From Catajapyx aquilonaris (lineage: Eukaryota), in assembly GCA_000934665.2 (NCBI GenBank), contig KZ538359.1, positions 1-64,000 on the forward strand: DNA of 64,000 nt, written 5' to 3'. Every line of letters starts with the position of its first letter. The first letter of the stretch is position 1. A model generated the notes under the pieces. The model saw only the letters and a list, made by a program, of their open reading frames with translations, was not told the DNA's origin and searched no databases. The position numbers and the translations under genes are program-made. Below, piece by piece: positions 59,174-64,000 of this stretch.

Positions 59174-62100
59174 TCGTCGGAGCAATTTGGACCATTAGAG
59201 AAAAGGAAGGCGCTACCAACTTCTGCCTTTTAAGGTCTTATCTGGGCCCCTCTTAATCCATTCAATCCAGACTCTCTTTCATATAAGAGGCTGCCGAATT
59301 GTTTATGCCCAACCATTATTCCGCACCATCTCCGCCTCGGATATGGAGACCATTTTTTTTTTTTTAGGAAAGCCAAAATAAAGTCTGGGCCAAAAGTTTT
59401 CGAACTAAAAGTAATTAGTGTTGACCTGACTTGTTGACTATCCCAGTGCACGCATCTCATGTCTTAATGACATTACAGACTAATTAATGGGTGCGTCTTT
59501 CTCCCCTCCCAACATGCATACACATGAAGTCAACAGTACTCTTGGGGAATATGCTCTCCAGGGAAGAAACCCCATGGAATTTTTTTAAAAAAACTGCAAA
59601 TTTCGCAAAAAATTTTGCAGGCGACAAAAAACAAAAGTTGGGCAAAGAGATGTCGTGATAGCGTTTGGCAAGCAGGGCTAAAACGCTGGTTCCCGGTTGC
59701 ACAAAGGAGACCTATTTGTCGGTATTAACCACATCGATCCAGGGGGCAAGCAGACACAGGGCCTATAGGCTGTCACGGAACCCAAAACCAGCCAATCCGA
59801 AGGCAGCCATTTATATGCCTACAAACTGCAGTCCATTCCGGATAGAAAAATAGGCCTAACAAAGCCTTTGGATGAGAGAAAAAATGCAGAAACACAAAAG
59901 GTGCTGATGACAACTCGACATCAAAGTCATTCATAAGCTGGGGGTTTAATTACTGCCATTTCCTGTCCGTTTGCTTTTGATGTCATTGTCACGTCAAGAA
60001 GTCATGTAACTCACAACAATCAGGGTCGCAAAGGAGTGGTTTTGACAATTGGGATCATTTTTTATGTTCTGTACAAGAGGATCGCAGGCCAATTGCAGCT
60101 GTTTCAAAAAAAATTGGTATATAGGCCTACAAATATTGCTAGAAGAAATTATGTTTGCCATACATAATTTGCTTCTGGCAAAATAATTGTAGGCTTGTGA
60201 GCTACTGATTGTTGACATTTTTAGCAACAAGTAGATCATACGCTCTTGTTAACTCTGGACAAATATTATTCCTTGCAGCATTCCGCCTTGAAATCAATAC
60301 ACGTCAATGTCAACCGACAACACAAATTCTATACTTTTAGCCTCACTGCACCAGTAGTTTTGCATAGATTCGCATGATTTTTTCCTTGGGTCAACGACTG
60401 TTAGAACCCCAATGGAATCCAACAGGTACCCGCTGAATGACCCCAAATTGTACAAAAAAAACAAGGGGGTTTCACATATCTCTGCACTGTTTTTGAGCCA
60501 AAAATCGACCAGGCTGTTTTTCCGTCTCCTTTTCCCCTTCTTTTTTTTGTGATTGCGAGGCAGTAGCATCAGGTAAAAGAACCTTGAGTGAGCCCGAGAG
60601 GTGGTCCTGCATGCAGCAGTTTGGGTGCAGCTGAACTCAGCACAGAAACCCAGCTAGGGATCGATACAATGGGGGGGAAAATGTTGGAGAGAGAGAGAGA
60701 GAGGAAGCTGAGCTGTGTGATACTCCCCCGGAATAGGCCTAGTCAGAAAGCGAAATCCAATGTATGGCCTCCCGATTGTTAGCAAGGTAGGCCAAGGTCG
60801 AACCCTTATTCGCACCTGTAAACAACACTATAGATAGATCAATTTTGTAGGTTGGAAAAGCCATGTGAAGGAACCCGGGGGTCAGGTTTCAACACTGTAT
60901 AAATGACTCCATATATAGTGTTGGGTTGCACTTTCTAAAGCACCATTTATACCTTTTTTTATATAAAAAGTTGCAGACTTCCCCTTAGAGCAAAGCGAGC
61001 CCCCCCCCCCCCCCNCCTAGGCAGCTAGTAAACATCGAAATCGCATTACGCCCCTACTGTGTAGGAAACTACACACGCCCAACCCGCAATTACACTAAGC
61101 ACTTATTTTCATTTAGGCCAGGGGGGGAGCAATGGTGGGGAGAAAAAAAAAAGTCGACAAACTTCACGTCCAAAGCCTCAAAGAACGGACGACAAACTAT
61201 CGACGTAATATAATTAGTATTAACATTCATAATAATAAACAACTAGTAGAGGGATCCGTTCGCAAATTTTGGCAACACTGCTTGGCCCACCCCCGAACTT
61301 GGACCTTTGGCTCATAAGCTCTTCCTCTGCACACTCCTGCCACTCTCAGCACCACATGCACGTTGGTGATGAGTCACTACGCGGACAAAGTCCACCAAGG
61401 CGCTATGCTACTTTCCCCCTTCAACAGTTAAAGGACAGGAGTGAAATATGTGGTAACTACTACGTTATACCTATGGGAGTCATGTATAATGATAACAACA
61501 TTGTTATCCTGACATGGATGCAACCAATGCGCCTCAATTGTGCAACGGGCTGCCTGTAAGTGAGGCGTAGGTTACATGAAAGATGAGTTGAAAGAGAGAG
61601 AGAGAAAAATTAGCTGATGGATGGTTAACTGATATTAATTAAGAGGAAAATAACTGGCGACTTGCTCTACCGTAAATTTTAATCGAAAATTATAACTTGT
61701 TCCGATTGCAACCTTTCGACTGGCCCGTTAAGAAATAACAGCAGTTTAAGTCTCAAACGACAGTTATTAGCTCTTATCTGCCAGTTAAAAGGGGGTGTTG
61801 TCGGAATATTTAAATAACTTTTTGATGCAACATTTTAACTAGCTGTTAAGAGGCAGTTTAAATGTCTTAACCTGCAGCTCTTATCGGCGAGTTTGTGTCG
61901 GAAATTGTATAACTAGTTTTGACGCAATCTTTTTAACTGGTCGTTAATAACAGATCACTGCTGTTTAAGTCGTAAACTCCGGTTACTTACTGGCCAGTAA
62001 ATAATAAATCCGTACAAACAGTCCCACCTGACTTTTGGCGACATGTGCTATGCGAATGCAACGTTGCCATTTTCTGCATGCATGCAGGTGAGATTATATA

Positions 62101-62699
62101 TCCCCCAGACTTTAATCCGAGGTATAAGAATATTCAACCCAGGCAAAACCCACATTTTGGATGATTAATGACCTGGTCCCAAAATGAACATCTGCGTAAG
62201 TCCTGATATAGTTCCCGAGGTCATTTGCCAGCGGAAGCAGTCGAGTACAACTCTGTGCCACAAAATAAATCAATTACACTACTAGGGTGGGGGGAAGGGG
62301 TGGGGGTGGGGGTTTACACGATGTTGCCAAACTGATCAATTTTTCTGAGGGACAAAACCTGCCCGGACAGAAATCCGGCAGGCGGAAAATAAGGCGTCAA
62401 TATGTGACGTGAATGGATGGGAGGAAAAAAGGCCTTTGGAGCGGAATAATCTCTCTCGCGTCCGAAATTGATTGGCACCCGGATTTCTTCTCAAAGGTAT
62501 ATAGAAGGAGAGAAGCCCAAAATGATCAAGAAGAAGAAGAAAAAAAAAATGGCAGGTGTGCAAGAAGGAAAAAATCCGGGGGATTTTTAGGACTTCGCTC
62601 AATCCAGGTTAATCATTCAATTGCACCGAATTGTACTGTACAGACGCATTTTGCCTGGTTTAAAAAAACCATTTTGGACGTATATAAGGAGAAGTTTAT

Positions 62700-63245
62700 T
62701 AGTTGTTTGTTTGCTTGTTTTTAGCAGGCTAGCTAGCTAGTTAGTCAATTATCTTGTTTGTTTGTTTGATAGCCAGTTAGTTAGCTACTCTAGTTAGTTA
62801 GTTAGCTACTGTAGTTAGCTACTGTAGTTCGTTAGCTACTGTAGTTAGTTGGTTAGCTAGTTAGTTAGTTGGTTAGCTAGTTAGTGAGTTAGACAGCTAG
62901 CTAGCTAGTTAGTTAGCTACTGTAGTTAGTTAGTTAGCTGCTGTAGTTAGTTGGTTAGCTAGTCAGCTAGTTAGTTAGTTAGACAGCTAGCTAGCTAGCT
63001 AGCTAGTTAGCTACTGTAGTTAGTTAGTTAGCTACTGTAGTTAGTTAGTTAGCTACTGTAGTTAGTTAGCTACTGTAGTTAGCTAGTTAGACAGCTAGCT
63101 AGTTAGCTTGTTAGTCAGTTAGATAGCTAGTTACTTAGATAGCTAGCTAGTTAGTTAGTCAGCTAGTTAGTTAGGCAGCTAGATAGTTAGACAGCTAGAT
63201 AGTTAGACAGCTAGTTAGTTAGACAGCTAGTTAGTTAGCTGCTTT
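62700..63245 (+). repeat. compound TAGC/TTAG microsatellite with CTACTGTAG units
   Basis: Read directly. Confidence 0.9.
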
Positions 63246-64000
63246 GTTTGTTCGTTTGTTTGTTCGTTCGTGTGTTTGTTGTCGTTCGTCCATGGCAACG
63301 GGATTTCCATGGCAACGAGTTACCATGGAGACATTCCGTGCGAAGAACGGTCTCCGCTGCTGTAGTCATACTACTAAATGCCAGTCTGGCTGACTGTCTG
63401 TCTGTTTGTTTGTCCGGGGTGAGTCATCACCTGAGCTCATCCATGTAGTACCACTACCCCTTGCACAACCCTGAGAGTGGCTGGATTATGCCATCTATGC
63501 GAGGGGTATGGTACGGGCCCCCGGACTATAGAGGAACTTAATCAAAGTGAATGGTTGGAGGAGGCGACTCGACGCCATGAGAGAGAGAGGCAGGCGTGGC
63601 TTCCTGCCCGTTTTGAGCGTCGAGACGCCTAGTTCCGGTTCCGGAGATTTATGGCGCCGGGCAATAGGCGTCTGCAGAAAGAGAGATATGGGTCACGTCT
63701 AAAAAGCCGACATCAAGAACATGTGACAAATTCGCGACGTTTTTATGTCGATTGAAAAAAAAAAAGTGGTGGGTGCGGGGAACAAACCGGAACGTATCCG
63801 GAACGTATCGGGCAACATGATGCCAACATGACCATATCAGGTCAAAACCGGGCCATGTTCTGATAAGGACTTTGAAGTGTCAACACGGGTTGTAACACGA
63901 CCGACCCGAAGTGCGCGTAGGGGAGTCATAATACAGCATATAGTTGTGCTGGGTATGGAGATAAAACAGGGCTCGAGACTTAATCTGGCAACGTTCGGTA

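Noticed and set aside
43117..64000. slo N-terminal/S0 exons or a nested protein-coding gene
   Set aside because: I recognised no S0 or GELISGQTTTGRIL-type peptide and no other protein family by eye; short exons could have been missed.

Overview
Eukaryotic arthropod genomic DNA, judged from spliceosomal GT-AG introns, TTAGG-type repeats and insect/crustacean-like peptides. The window holds most of a slowpoke (slo/KCNMA1, BK Ca2+-activated K+ channel alpha subunit) gene on the minus strand. It runs from the S1 exon (43116) through S2-S6, the pore (TVGYGD), RCK1, the CKACH linker and RCK2 with the calcium bowl (DQDDDDDPD) to the stop at 4392-4394. I traced the exons by hand from splice sites and phase continuity. 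I found no N-terminal/S0 exons, so 43117-64000 is probably one intron over 20 kb. Three mutually exclusive exon clusters are visible (3, 2 and 2 copies), plus a large array of phase-1 cassette and micro-exons in the RCK1-RCK2 linker, several of which I do not recognise. Main leads: a UGA-C stop followed by a coding-like 15-codon extension ending in a PDZ-type ligand (-SYI); a putative selector/docking RNA-pairing arrangement in the S6 exon cluster; a possible divergent fourth S6 exon; and a 1.7-kb foldback satellite filling the last intron. Introns carry many MITE-like hairpins, Helitron-like fragments and tandem repeats. Nearly all ORF-track entries outside the slo exons look spurious.
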